From Antedon mediterranea (taxonomy: Eukaryota; Animalia; Echinodermata): a stretch of DNA of 64,000 nucleotides. Made by a program: the position numbers and the translations under genes. The notes below the pieces were generated by a model, which saw only the letters and a list, made by a program, of their open reading frames with translations, was not told where the DNA came from and did no database searches. Positions 1-13,000 of this stretch are shown here, piece after piece (position 1 is the first letter of the stretch; each line of letters opens with the position of its first letter). The stretch spans positions 2,852,001-2,916,000 of the forward strand of contig NC_092674.1 in the NCBI RefSeq assembly GCF_964355755.1. Reading direction: 5' to 3'.

Positions 1-163
1 AAAATATATAATCTATGTTATTCCTTATGACCATTTACACACAACGCTTAGGATAGATACATCATTATTCTACGTGGGACAAGCTACGCGGTTCCGCTTA
101 CCGTTACCGGTCGCCTGTATAAATTGGCCTTTAGTGAAATAATACTGATTCTTATTTCTCAAG

Positions 164-3100
164 GTAACAAGTTATCATTCTACGCAACACAGAAGAGTAC
201 ATATGTTGAAATAAGAAAGTACTTCTACATTAAATGTTGTGCACAGTGGTATGATACCATTGAATGGTACAAGGATGTGATCAGTCCATCAACCCGTATC
301 GGTCAAAGGTCAATACCTAGTGGCTGCAATCATTGTGGTGTCCAGCACGCCTTTACGTTCAAAGAGAATGGACAAGTGTTGAAAGTGAGAGAAAGTGTTA
401 AAGACTACCATACGGGAACTTATATTTGTGTTATAAGAAATGGGACGGTTAATGAGACTTTCAAACAAGATGTAACAGTACAACGTAAGTCATCAGAATT
501 GGTATTTTTTTTATTCTATTCAAAAGGTTAACCCATATTTAAAATGCATTTTCATTTATGCAGAGAATATATAAATAAATAAACAAGGTCATATACATGG
601 CTGCAGTCGCGTGCTCAAGTTAGTGTTTACCACCGACCAACCGACCGACATGAGCTGTTGTAGAGTCGCATTGCACGCGACTAAAAACAATATTGAACAG
701 AAAAATGTAGACGTGGCGCGTGTAAATGTTCATTTAGTTCATCCTTCCTATCTTTAATTTAATCAATGTGCTTTCGTCCATTTAGCTATAAATAATTTAC
801 AATCATCTACAAACCTGACACTCGCTAACGACGAATGTGAACTGAACGTGTATGCGAATATTGGTGACAACACAACAATTTGCTGCACGTTCTCACAGTT
901 GACGCTGGATTTTGACATACGATGGGAAAGAACGATAAATGGTACAGAATTCATCCATCTAATCAAATCCGAAGGAACTAAAAAGGAGTTTGAATATACG
1001 ACATTTGTTGCGTATACAACTTACTTTAAATCGTAAGTATTGTATAAAATATTAATATTATGTTTAAAAATACAGTAACCTCATGAAAGCGTGTACAGTA
1101 GGCCTATTACACTGACAACCAATTTTAAGCAATTGCTAATCATGTTCTCTTCACATAGGCCTACACCGTGCATAAACCACGCCTTTTAGTTTCACGCGTA
1201 TAGATTTGTGATTGTTATATTATTACCAAGCAGTTGTCAATAAAATGAACGCAGTGGTAATATGATGTACTGAATTTCAATTTGAATATGGGGTTCTTTT
1301 TGTGTAATGCCACCTGAATGCGATATAATATCCGTTATAGTGGCACAAAAATGATTTAATGACCTTCCCGACGAAATTAAAATGGCACCTTCAAAAAAAA
1401 AATTTTCTTTTAAACTTAAACAAATTCTACTCGATAAATAACTTATAATAATAAATGAACATATATATTCTGGTTTTTCTGTGCTTTCATAGTATTTTAT
1501 TATTATTAACTTGTCGTTGTCTTGTTTTGTTTCTGTTTGTTCAAACTTCAATATGATTACAACTTCTTAACTGGTTACCCGTCACAAGTTTTTTTTTGTT
1601 TTGTTATTCTTTCTGGGTTTTTTGCCTCTTAATTATTTATATTTAAATTGTTATTTTGTTTACTTTGAAAGATAAGAAATAAATGTTATGATGATGATGA
1701 TGATTGTTTGTAGGCTAGTAGTGACGTATTCATTGTGTCTACAGGTCTGCCTCCTATTGTCTTAAATAAATTATACAGTATAACCATGGAGTTATAAATT
1801 CCATGGTATAATAAAAAATAAGGGATGCAGTTAAATACAGGTGTTGTAACTTCCTTAGGAAGGAAGTAGGTAATGCATAGAGGAATATAATAATACCTCC
1901 ATGGGTGATACTCAGATTCCCACTTAGAGAACCAACGTAAGTGATTTGACCAATCACAAGTGATGGATCATTCGAATTGTCGCTTATGATTGGTCGATTC
2001 GCTTTCCTTGCGTCTATAATGCTTGGTTCTCACAATAGACGCAACACAAGGACGTAACTTAATGAAGTAATTTGACCAATCACAAGCGATGGATTATTCG
2101 CATTGTCACTTGTCGTATACCGGCAGTCAACACGCTTGCGTTGCGTTTACCTATTTGCGTTGCGTCTTTGGGAACCAAGCTTAAGTTGAGAGAATATCTT
2201 GACGTTTTGGTTTCTGGGGTCTAACAGCAACTGTCTATTTCGTGTTAGGCCTACTGTACTTTAGAAGGCGGTGTGCGTGTGGGCCTCATGACCGGCGGCG
2301 GAAGGAAATTGAACAACATGGTATGTAAACCAGTGTTTCTTCGAATAAAATCTTTCAATCAACTGTTATTTTCTTTTTATTTACAGCACACAAAATAACA
2401 ACGATGATACAAATCTTACAGCTTTTCTGACAGTGTATAACGTTACCAAGGAAACATACGGCACATACGTTGTCACATCATTTTCTGACAAAAACGAACG
2501 TCGTGGCAACTGTACCATCAGAATATTTTCAAACTCAGGTTAAAATCTATCTTTTCTTCAAAATGAATGCCTAAATTGATTGTTTACGTCCGAAAATAAA
2601 GTTCTAATAAAGCCATGTATATTTCTTTTACAGATGTTGATCCGTCAAAGTTTGTAAAAGTTGCTGTTAGTATGGCAATGAGCTTCGTGCTTGTAGTTTG
2701 CATTTTGACTATGTTTGCATCCATTTATGTTTGGAAACGATACCACATGACTATCTGGCTGCTAATTAGTGATTTATGGCCTATTAATGATGACATGGGT
2801 AAGTTCATTATGACATTAAGACTTGGTTTCCACTAGGATGCAATGTAAGAACTTAAGCGCAAAGCAAGCGGGCTCACCAACAACAAGCGACAGTTCGAAT
2901 AATCCATCGTCCACACGGTCACGTTACTGTAGTATGTAATCAGGTTTTAAAAGACGACGACGAAGACGACGAAACAACGATGAAGACGACGAACACGACG
3001 ACGAAGACGACGAACACAACGACGACGAAGACGACGAAAACAACGACGACGACGGAGACGACAAAGACGACTAATACAACAACAAAGAACACGAACGACA

Positions 3101-4578
3101 ACGAAGACGACGAACACAACGACGTTGACGACGACGACGAACACAACGACGACGACGACGATCGGTAGCTTCCGCGCATGTGCCGGTGATTTCGTTACAA
3201 TCTGCTTTGTGTCCTAGGTTTTCTTTGCCGTGCTTTTATTCTAATGATTTATATATATCTTTCATATTTTGGATAAACATAGTATAGTTTCTCATTGTTA
3301 AGTAGATTTGCCTAGCCTAAATACGTATGACACGCTATGTGTGCCAAACAGTGTTTTTCCTCCGCCAATATTAATCACCGTATAAGACTAATAAACTGAT
3401 AAGTCCCATTGTTTTCTTTCTTATAGAGGAAGATATGTATGATGTATTTATTTCACATAGCAACACAGATGAAGATCGGATGTTTGCTATTCAGGTCTTA
3501 TGCCCTCTGCTTGAAAGACACAACTACACGACTTGCATAGATGTTATCAATTTTCAAGGGGGAGGAAGTATGTTTGATAGTATTTATTTTATTCTTGATG
3601 GCTTATAAAGATTAATTAGATTATTATCCAACCCAGTACACCTACTGTATCTCCACAGTAGTAATACAATATTCGTCCATGTGATACAGGCGACACATGC
3701 GCCGCTGACCACCGACAATGAAGTACATGAGACGATGTAGGAGGCCTACACGGAATTGAAGCTACATATTAGGCCTATAATTAAGCTCTGTCTACACCAA
3801 ACTAGTTTGATATGTGATATGTGTGATGTGCGATTTGTGATATGCCCATATATGGCATCATCATGTCCATTATGGTGCATCACATTTTTGTCACATAAAA
3901 TGTTAATGTAGACAAGGCTTTAAACATTTTAACTTGAACTTATACGTAATGTTTGTACATATTTTTAAAGATTTGTACATAATTTTGTTATTTTAATAAA
4001 CTATTTTTCTGTTGTAATTGCGAGAAATAAGTTTCCCAAACCGTGGGATAAAGGTGTACCTTTGCATTAGAAAAAAAATAACGTGTTGTAAATGAAATAA
4101 CCTGTGCTTTTTTTTAGTTCGTTTTGATGACGGGATTGCCGCGGTATTTAGGAGCAGACGGTGCATATTAGTCCTGTCACCAGACTACATTAGCAACGCT
4201 CATTGCCGCTACGAACTGGACGCCGCTCTCAGAGACATGAAGAATCTACGCGGCAGATGTTCAAAAATTATACCAGTAATTTTTAAAGACATTTCTAAGA
4301 ACAACTTAAACAAATCGAAGCACCTGAGGCGGGTCTTAGTAGCAGTGAGAAGGTTAAAATGGACGCCAGACAATATTGAAAACTTTGAAAAGAAACTTTT
4401 TTCAAGAATGGCGCCTTTAAATCGTCGAAGTTTCACAGACAGCAGCGCCAGAAACAATAACAGAGAATTGAACTCTAAATCTAGTACCAGCATCTTTGAT
4501 AGGTTCTATAACCCTAGTAGAAGTTTCTATCGGGAGATTTCTGTACTTTCAGACCAATCATCTAGTTTGTCGATATGA
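164..4578 (+). CDS. IL-1 receptor-like Ig-Ig-TM-TIR protein, copy 1 (5' partial; signal exon not seen in window)
   Basis: Phase-compatible GT-AG exons 164-484 (Ig: KCC..IEWYK..GTYIC), 786-1032 + 2387-2538 (second Ig), 2634-2798 (TM: VAVSMAMSFVLVVCILTMFASIYVW-KR), 3427-3567 (TIR box1 YDVFISHS), 4118-4578 (SRRCILVLSPDY..HCRYEL; stop TGA 4576-4578). Confidence 0.85.
2953..3161. repeat. Degenerate (GAC/AAC)n trinucleotide microsatellite in intron
   Basis: gacgacgacgaagacgacgaaacaacg... run; explains three overlapping low-complexity ORFs. Confidence 0.9.
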
Positions 4579-4629
4579 TCACATGTACTTTCAGACCAAT
4601 CATCTAGTTTGTCGATATGATCACGTGTA

Positions 4630-6864
4630 GGGGAGAGTGGGGTTGGTTGAATCAAATTTTCTATTTTTGACCATAATTTTTTTTTGGTTGCATTGGTTAA
4701 GCTGTAATTAACAGTGTATGTTCACTAACATTCCTTCAGGCAACACGGTGAATTATATGGACATCAGAAAACATATTTAGAAGTTAGAAGCAAATTACCA
4801 AGATGAGTCGACCGATTCAACCAACCCCTTCATCGGGGTAGGTTGAATCACATAGTGGGGTTGGTTGAATCATGAAATAATATGTAATAAATACAATGAT
4901 ATCTTTAATATTTATTTATTAAGATGAAAACCACATTATAACAAATATATATTAATTAATAAACTACTATTAAAAAAACTATTTCCTGATATTAAAGCTG
5001 CTGCACTATTATGTTTTTAAAATGTTAGTTATTATTACACGTAAAAAGCACCATAACATAAATATGAATTGTTTAAAGAGTTAGGCTTTTTAACTAGCCT
5101 AAGTTGTTTATTTGAGTTGTTTAAAATAATATATTAGAATTACAGGAACAAACTTGGCACAACAAAAAATGTAATTAAGTATATACAGTAAATGTTTACG
5201 TTTACATGAAAAACTGGTTACTCGCAAACCGAGCAAATGAATGTGCGTCCATTTTCGGTGCACTCCACATGTGACCATTCTTCACAACCCTCCGCTAAAC
5301 ACTTTACCCACTTTTCTCCCGGTTTGCTATTTGAGTAGCTTTCTCCACAAATTTCACAATACCAGTCAGTTCCCTTACTTGGTTTTTCTTTTTGAGTGTT
5401 GTTTGGCGTTTTCGACTTCGATTTTGATTTACCCTTACTTTTACTTGCAGATTTCCTTTTCATTATTGCCTCTTTTTCTGGGGTGTCGGTCAGAATTGCA
5501 GATTTTTTTTCTGCAGCTCTTATACTAACATTTGGGTGACGCTTCAAAAAAGAACAAAACCAATCCTTCCCTGCTTTCTGGTTTTCAGTCCAACTTTGTG
5601 GCAAATCTACTTCATATGCTATGGCTAGCTCATATGCAAACTTCCTTACATCATCCGGCGTCAAACCAAAATACATAGCAGCAGCTCTCAATATATATTG
5701 AACCAGCATTTCCTCTTGGTTGTCACTAAACACCTGTCGATTTCGGACATATCCAACGTGTGTGTCAGTTAATGCTCTTGTCACTTCAAGAGGGGTATTC
5801 AAAGCACCATCGGCATCTGAAAATATAGTTTAATGTATACAGTTAGCTAATAGTAATATTTTAATACCTTATTATATTTTCATACATTTTAATATCCATA
5901 CCTTTCTTTAGTTTGTTGACAAGTCTTTGGAGTGTACTGTAATTGACATCAAAGTCTTTTGCCACTGATCTTACAGACAGGTTCTCCAATATCACAATTC
6001 GTGCTGCTCGTTTTAACATTTCTGGGTTTTTCCCCCGTTCGGTTTTTCTCTTATGAGTTCTAGGCATGACTGTATGTTGATAACTGAAAAATGCAAACGA
6101 AAGATCATTAGAATTAACAAAAAAATAGGTAGCGCTGGCAGTCGTATACTAGGCCCTATAGGCTATAGTAGCCTCCATCATTTAATTTTAATAACTATGC
6201 CTATAGTATAATAGTAATACAGTAAATTATTTGAAAGATGTTTATTTATAATTTATATTTTTACAATACTTAATAATAATAAATACTGTAATTTTAGGCT
6301 AGGCCTATGTAGTTTAATTTCTTACAATTTACATCTTAAAATTTCTATTCTGTATAAGAACATTTCTATAGTTACTATTATTGAGTTGAAAAAGTTTAAA
6401 ACTACATAAATTAAACATAAACAATGCACATTATTATCTTGGGGTTGGTTGCATCACGTGATGGGGTAGGTTGCATCACCTGATTCAACCAACCCCATAG
6501 GCACAGACAGCATTAATTCGTGTCATAGAAAAAAAATACGTGGCTCAACCAAGAAGCTTATCATATAATATTTTACCCTAATATATGTGTTATATAAGAC
6601 TACTAAAGATTTCAGGAAAAACAATCAGTATAAATAAACAAAACGAAAATCTTTACAAATTGGAAAATGTACTTACAGGCACAAATCGAGCTGGATTTTT
6701 AGAACAATAGGTTAACAAGCGTGTATCGGAATAATTTTTGGTGAGCATGTAGAGTGACGTCAGCCAATTGCCAGGTAGTTCAACCAAATTTTTACCCAAT
6801 TGTAATTTCTGAAATAATACGGCTGATTCAACCTGCCCCCGATTCAACCAACCCCACTCTCCCC
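4630..6864 (-). mobile_element. pogo/Tigger-like (Tc1/mariner superfamily) DNA transposon, internally deleted
   Basis: 24-bp perfect TIRs GGGGAGAGTGGGGTTGGTTGAATC at 4630 and 6864; TA target duplication (4628-4629, 6865-6866); subterminal GGGGTTGGTTG(A/C)ATCA copies near 4815-4872, 6440-6497 and 6824-6840; encodes an HTH/PHD protein. Confidence 0.88.
5218..6067 (-). CDS. Transposase derivative: psq-type HTH + CENP-B-type HTH + PHD finger, no DDE domain (254 aa if spliced)
   Basis: Exon 6067-5902 (MPRTHKRK..LSVRSVAKDFDVNYSTLQR), GT-AG intron 5901-5817, exon 5816-5218 (FGLTPDDVRKFAY..AGKDWFCSFLKRHP..; WYCEICG..WVKC..CEEWSHVEC..FICSVC). Frame is continuous. Confidence 0.75.
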
Positions 6865-9800
6865 TACATTCAGACCAATCATCTAGTTTTTCGATATGAT
6901 CACATGTACTTTCAGACCAATCATCTAGTTTGTCGATATGATCACATGTACTTTCAGACCAATTAGCTAGTTTGTCGATATGATCACGTGTACATTCAGA
7001 CCAATCAGCTAGTTTGTCGATATGATCACGTGTACTTTCAGACCAATCATCTAGTTTGTCGATATATGATCACGTGTACTTTTAAACCAATCAGCTAGTT
7101 ATTTGTCGATATGATCACTTGTACTATCCGACCAATCATCTAGTTTGTCGATATATGATCACGTGTACTTTCAAACCAATCAGCTAGTTTGTCGATATGA
7201 TCACGGTGGACTTTGCATTAATTTTCATAATTTGATTGTGTAAATACGATTAATGTTGTTGTTTGTTTATTTTTCAATAACAATTCAGTATACAGAGTAA
7301 ATAATCATTAACAAAATTAAGTATACTTACAAGTACAGCGAGTATAGTAGTAAGATAATAAAAACTAATTCAATTCGAAAATTGGCTTTCTTGTTACGTG
7401 ATATATAAAATATGATAAAATATAACACACAGACAATACGAAACAAAAAAGGATAAAATACAAATGCAACAAATATAAACATTTCATAAAAAAGGTTAAA
7501 ACATGGCAAGTACTAAAAATATCATAGAAAACAGTGTCATATAAAAATTGGATAAAGATATATGTTCACCTTACAATATTATGCATTAAAAAGCCCCAGC
7601 AGAGAAACGAATTTCGTAATTAATTATTAATAATATTATTATTAACAAAATCATTATACGTTTGGTTATTAAGTTTGGCGAAAGGTGGCATCTTTGTTTG
7701 TTTTTTTTCATTTTTCAATTGCTTACTGTAGTATATGAACTTGTGTCATTGAGAATCTAGGAAGTTTTTTTTATTTCGTCTATAATTTCAATTTTTGTAA
7801 AAATAGATCAATAATGTCGATAATTATGCCAATTTATTGATTGTAAAAATTCATAATTAGTTTTACTTCTATTAATCTTTTTCTTATTCTCTTGTTTATC
7901 ACCAGGTAATTATTTAAAAATTATTATTTAATTCTTTTTTTTTTTCGGTACACCATCGTAAAATAAATTTTGTAAATAGTGCCCTCAACACCCGAGTTAT
8001 CCAGTTATCGAGAGATAATAATTTAATTCATCTTTAATTTGTTTTTCACGGTTGACCGAGTATCCGACAGTGTTGTGGCTGATGCTTTGTATCCTGCTGC
8101 TACTGATATAAATTTGCGTAATATTTTTAAAATCACACTGATAATGTGATATCAGATCTCCTTCTACACTCACTGTATGTTGAATGATGTAAGGTAGTAT
8201 ACATTTTTCTGAATTTTGTATATAAATGCTATATTGATGTAGGCTGACTTTATTTTATGTTTAAAGGGTATTGTATGTAGGTTAGAGTAGGTGGTAGTAG
8301 TACGTGTGGCCTCTCATATTCATAGAACGTGATATTTTCCACTGACTGTACCATTTTGTGTGTGGGTAGATAGAAAGTGAGTAGGTAAGATACCTTTTTG
8401 CAAGCGTGTCCTTGGACTAGTCCTTCTATTAAACCACATTGGTTAAAAATGTGTCATTCATTCAGCAAAACTGTACACTGATTTTTAAACTATAATAAAC
8501 TACTCTTCTTTTTTATACTTTTCTATTTGTTTCAGGGGTTTCCTGGAGCATGCCCCTTATATCCAAGTTTGAAAGGGATTATTATAAGAGCAGGGTTGTG
8601 GGACATTTGAGTTGTGTAATGGAAATGTTGTTACCAGGCGTGGATTTACCAATCCATTGAATGGTCTATTTAATCTTGACCACCAAACTTATCTATTTTT
8701 CCTTTGTTAAAAATTAAGACTGAACTGCTGTAGGTCTGTATCCTGTATCCTGTACACAATTACAGGACACTCTACGAGTTCCTGTTAAGTAACAACTCTT
8801 TTTAATAATATTGTCTGGGTAAAAACAAACTAAGTGTCGCTCACTGCTATATTTAGCTTTTAATAAGATGTTGGAATATTTTGGGTTTTTATTATTTTAC
8901 CATGTTTGAATGAAGTCTGTATGTAATTGTAAGTACAGTAAAGGTATTTTAATTTATTAAATTTAAAAAAAAATGAAATAAATGAATCTTAATGAGTTTC
9001 AATATAGCATAAAGGCAATAGGATATTTAACAATTCTGTATCCATTTGTGGTTTTTTGTTTGAGTCATTAAATATCAGGGAAATGTCCCCTGAAATGGAA
9101 CAAAAAAACTGCTTTGTAACAAAAAATATTTTGTCTGGATCATTTTCATCTGGCTAATTTTTTTGTCTATTATAATTTTTTTTAGTAATGTTGCTAATAA
9201 TAATTATTTATTAATTACTATTAATTATTATTATAATTTTTTTTTTTTAATATCAGCCATTCAAATGCCTTATTGTGTTGAAACTTTGTTTTTATACCGC
9301 TCACAAAGTCCTGAAGCAGGACAATTGACATAATCAGGTGTAATTTAGGTGAAACATGTGCTTTAAACAGCTCCTATTGTATTTTATAATGTGAACACAC
9401 TTTCAGACTAGGGAGAGATAACCTACTTTTCCTTATAAATTTGATGACCCCAAACATTGTGTTGAAACCAACTGTGATTCTTTGTTTACCCAACAGAAAT
9501 ATTAAATACACAATAATAAAATTCTAAATATAGATTGAGTATAAAGAGCTTTAAAATTAGTTATCATACTGTGTTTGATGGGAATAGATAAAACACATTT
9601 TAAATTTGTATAATCATGTAGAAGTAAGGTAAATATTGATATAAAACAGAAAAGACTATAAAAAAAAGAACACAAAAGACTTCAACCTAGGATCAGGTGA
9701 TGTATTATCAGCCAATCACGGTCTGGATTCAGAAGTGGGAGGTAATAAAAATCGGGGGTTATGTAATTTGGAATGTGTGTATTTCTTAACAGGGGATCAG

Positions 9801-10023
9801 TGAACAATATTCTTATATTTTTCAGGTGAACTGTATACAGATAAAGCATAGCAGGATATAGCATAGGCTATTAAATATGATAGATCTACAACTGAGATGA
9901 CATCACAACATCTGGTAGGTACATCGTTAATCGGTAATTTGAAGTCGCTAATTCTTACGATGACTTAATTACCACCAATATTACATGATTTCCTTGTCTG
10001 TTTTTTTTCAAAAGCAATGTAGA

Positions 10024-13000
10024 ATGAATGTGTATGGTAAGTGGATACATCAAGTTTTTATAGTTGTACTACTATTTCAAGTGAGAATCGATGCGTATTC
10101 ATGCGACGAAGTGACGTACTTTCCAACCTGCACTTGCCAAGGTATAAAAATTGTTTTCACAAACTGAAATATAGTATAAAAAAGATATAAAATTATTTTG
10201 TCATCTAAATTTTATATCTGTTGACACATGATTAGAATTTATATTTATATCATTTTTTCATTCCTAATAAAACCCTGCGATACATTCTACAGTGAGCTAG
10301 CTGGTCATCCAACCTGTCGTTTGTGATTGGTTAACTCCCTTTACATTATGCTTAACTCCCTTGCGTTTTGCTTAACTCCCTTGCGTTGTGTTTACTCCCT
10401 TGTGTTGTGCTTAACTCTTTTGCGTTTTGCTAACTCCCTTGCGTTGTGCTTAACTCTCTAGTGTTGTGCTTAAGTCCCTTGCATTGTGCTTAAGTCATTG
10501 TGTTGCATCCAAGTGGTGACCCAGCTTAAAAGTTGTGTAATGCAACTTAATAAAAAACTTTTTTTTTTCCTGTAGATGAAAATGTTATGACCAATTGTAT
10601 TACTGCTGTTGAATTTGGTAGTAGTGTTGAATTATACTGCTGCATAAACACAACACAAAGCATCTACTGGTACAAAGAAATAATTTCATCTGAAAGTCTG
10701 ATTGGTTACAATGGGTCGGCTATTCATAATTACACATCTGACGCTACTAGAGTATATAAAAATTATATTTATGACCGCTATTTTAGCTTCACCGATGATG
10801 GAAAGATTTTGAAAATAAGTGAATCAAAAACTTCACTAAATGGATCATACATCTGTAGGGCTAATGGAGAGGTTCCATTTCAGCAAAAGTTTGAAATCAG
10901 AGGTATAGTAAACAAGAAATATTTCTTCAAGATGACTACCATGCATCTCAATATTTATCAGCAAATGTTTTCATAGACTCTTTTTTCCAAGATGTGCTTT
11001 GGGGCATGCGCATGTTCAGTCTGAGTTTCCAAATACTCATTTTTCAGTCATAGTAATGCGTTGGTTCTCTTGAATATAACTTCCTAAAGGAGCAGCACAA
11101 GAAATGGGTACTCAGTAAAGAAGATCTCACTAGATTGGGTTTCCAAATAAGAGATTAACACATTTGTGTATTTGATTTTTATCCAGCTGCAAGTAGTTAT
11201 GACCCTGAATTGAATCTTATCCAGGAGGACTGCCAGAAAGAGGTCAGAGGTCAAAGGTCAGAAGAAGCTACATTATGCTGCAATTTTACAATTTCTTCAC
11301 ATTTAGAGAGCATTACGACAGAGTGGTTTGTAAAAAATGACACTACAAAACCAATTGAGACCGACAACAACTTTATTGTCAAGTCTCATTGCAGTCAAAG
11401 GTAAATAGTCTTTGTTATATACCCGGGGGGGTCACTTGTATATAAACCAAACGGGGGGATGCAGCAGCCACTTCAAGACATGAGGCACTTGCGCTACCTG
11501 TTTTACTGAAAAATACTACGGACTTGAACTACCATTTACCAAATAAAAATCCAGTGTTCTCTAAAAAGACGGCAGAAACAAGGCCACGCCAGAGAGGGTG
11601 CAATATTTGTACTGGTTCCCGGCATGATCTGCGCATAGCCAAAGAGACCCTTCATGGCATGCAAAATCACGAACGTGTTTTGACAAGTTTATCGCTCGTC
11701 CGTGGTGCATGACGACGATACAGATCAAGAGTCAAGAGTGGTCACAGTTGAATGATTTTGTCCTAGGCTATGTTTCGTGTTCTTCTGCTGATGCGAAAAC
11801 TCTAGGCCTATTCAAAGGTATTTAGCGATGGGCTTATATAGCCGGGCTTATAGCATTCATTATGCTAAAATACCTGCAAAATTTGGCGATAAATCGTGAC
11901 ATTTTGACACGGGTGGGCGGGCCAGGGACTTAAACTACTAATTTCACCCTGTCATTTCCCACACTTGTGCTACCAACTCTCATAATTTCCCACACTTGTG
12001 CTACCAGGCCCTCGAAAATATACCCGTAAATGCGGCACCTCCCCGTATGAAAATATTTAAGAGTGACCCCCGGGGTTATATAGTACATATCAAAAGTACA
12101 GTGTGTTATATAGTACAGGGTGTGTTTGTACTTTACTGTGAATGATTTCAACGTGGGCTAAGCCTACAGTCTGCATTCCCTCTGAACAATACAAAAAAAA
12201 GCTAAAGAAAACAAACTTTACCTAGCCAAATACAAAATATAAAAAAAGAGAAGAAAATAAGAAAAAGATAAATTAAAAATTCAAATACCCTTAAAATATT
12301 TAAAGACAATGTGTAATTTTATAACAAAAATGAGTTGTTGTTGTCTAATTTACTAACATTTTTTTGTTTTAATTATTTAATATTACAATACTTTCTGCTG
12401 AACAAGTTTTTTCCGTTGCAAAAATAAAATTTTTTATTATTATTATTATCTATAGACTGATTACTAGTACTACATTTATTTCTACCATGAAAAAAGGCCC
12501 ACTAGCAATTTTTTTTTCGTACATTAGAAAAAACGTTTTAAACAATTCTCACCATTATCTTATTGTTAGTTTAAACTAAAAAAGTTCAGTGGTAAGTGTT
12601 TAATAGTTTTAGACCATTAATTTTGAACATTGGACTGTAAGTGCATGGTAAAACAAATAGAATAAAAGAATAGCTATTAATTGACCAAACATTGTTTTTT
12701 TTTCTATAGTAAAGAGATAAACCAAGAAGTTTTAACAACTGTCAATACAGTATTGAAGCTGAATATAACACAGTCACAGAACTACACTGCAAGAGTGAGA
12801 GTAGTTACTTTAAATAAGAAAGAAAACAAAACTAATGAATGCAATGTTTTGGTAATTGAAGAAAAGAAAAGTGGTGAGTTTGAATTCTTTTCTAAAAAAC
12901 CAAAAATTAGCAAAACTGACTTGCTTGAAAGTTTTGCCCACCAACTCAGTCACGTGTATGACCCTGTCATTAGTCAGAATTGGCCCTATAGAGGTCAATC

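Larger units (their letters stand above)
4542..7205. repeat. 42-bp tandem repeat (about 10 units) split by a transposon insertion
   Basis: Unit ctttcagaccaatcatctagtttgtcgatatgatcacatgta; 2 units at ~4542-4629 and 8 units at ~6865-7205. Confidence 0.9.

Noticed and set aside
2940-3179. Three overlapping Thr/Asp-, Val- and Arg-rich ORFs
   Set aside because: Translations of an intronic GAC microsatellite; no splice sites link them to the receptor frame.
6865-7205. Regular repeat arrays (also 23231-23405, 43085-43300) as CRISPR-like
   Set aside because: Head-to-tail units with no unique spacers, eukaryotic context, no cas genes.
7900-9920. Scattered splice-like signals upstream of receptor copy 2
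   Set aside because: Could be 5' UTR exons, but no coding frame or defensible boundaries could be established.
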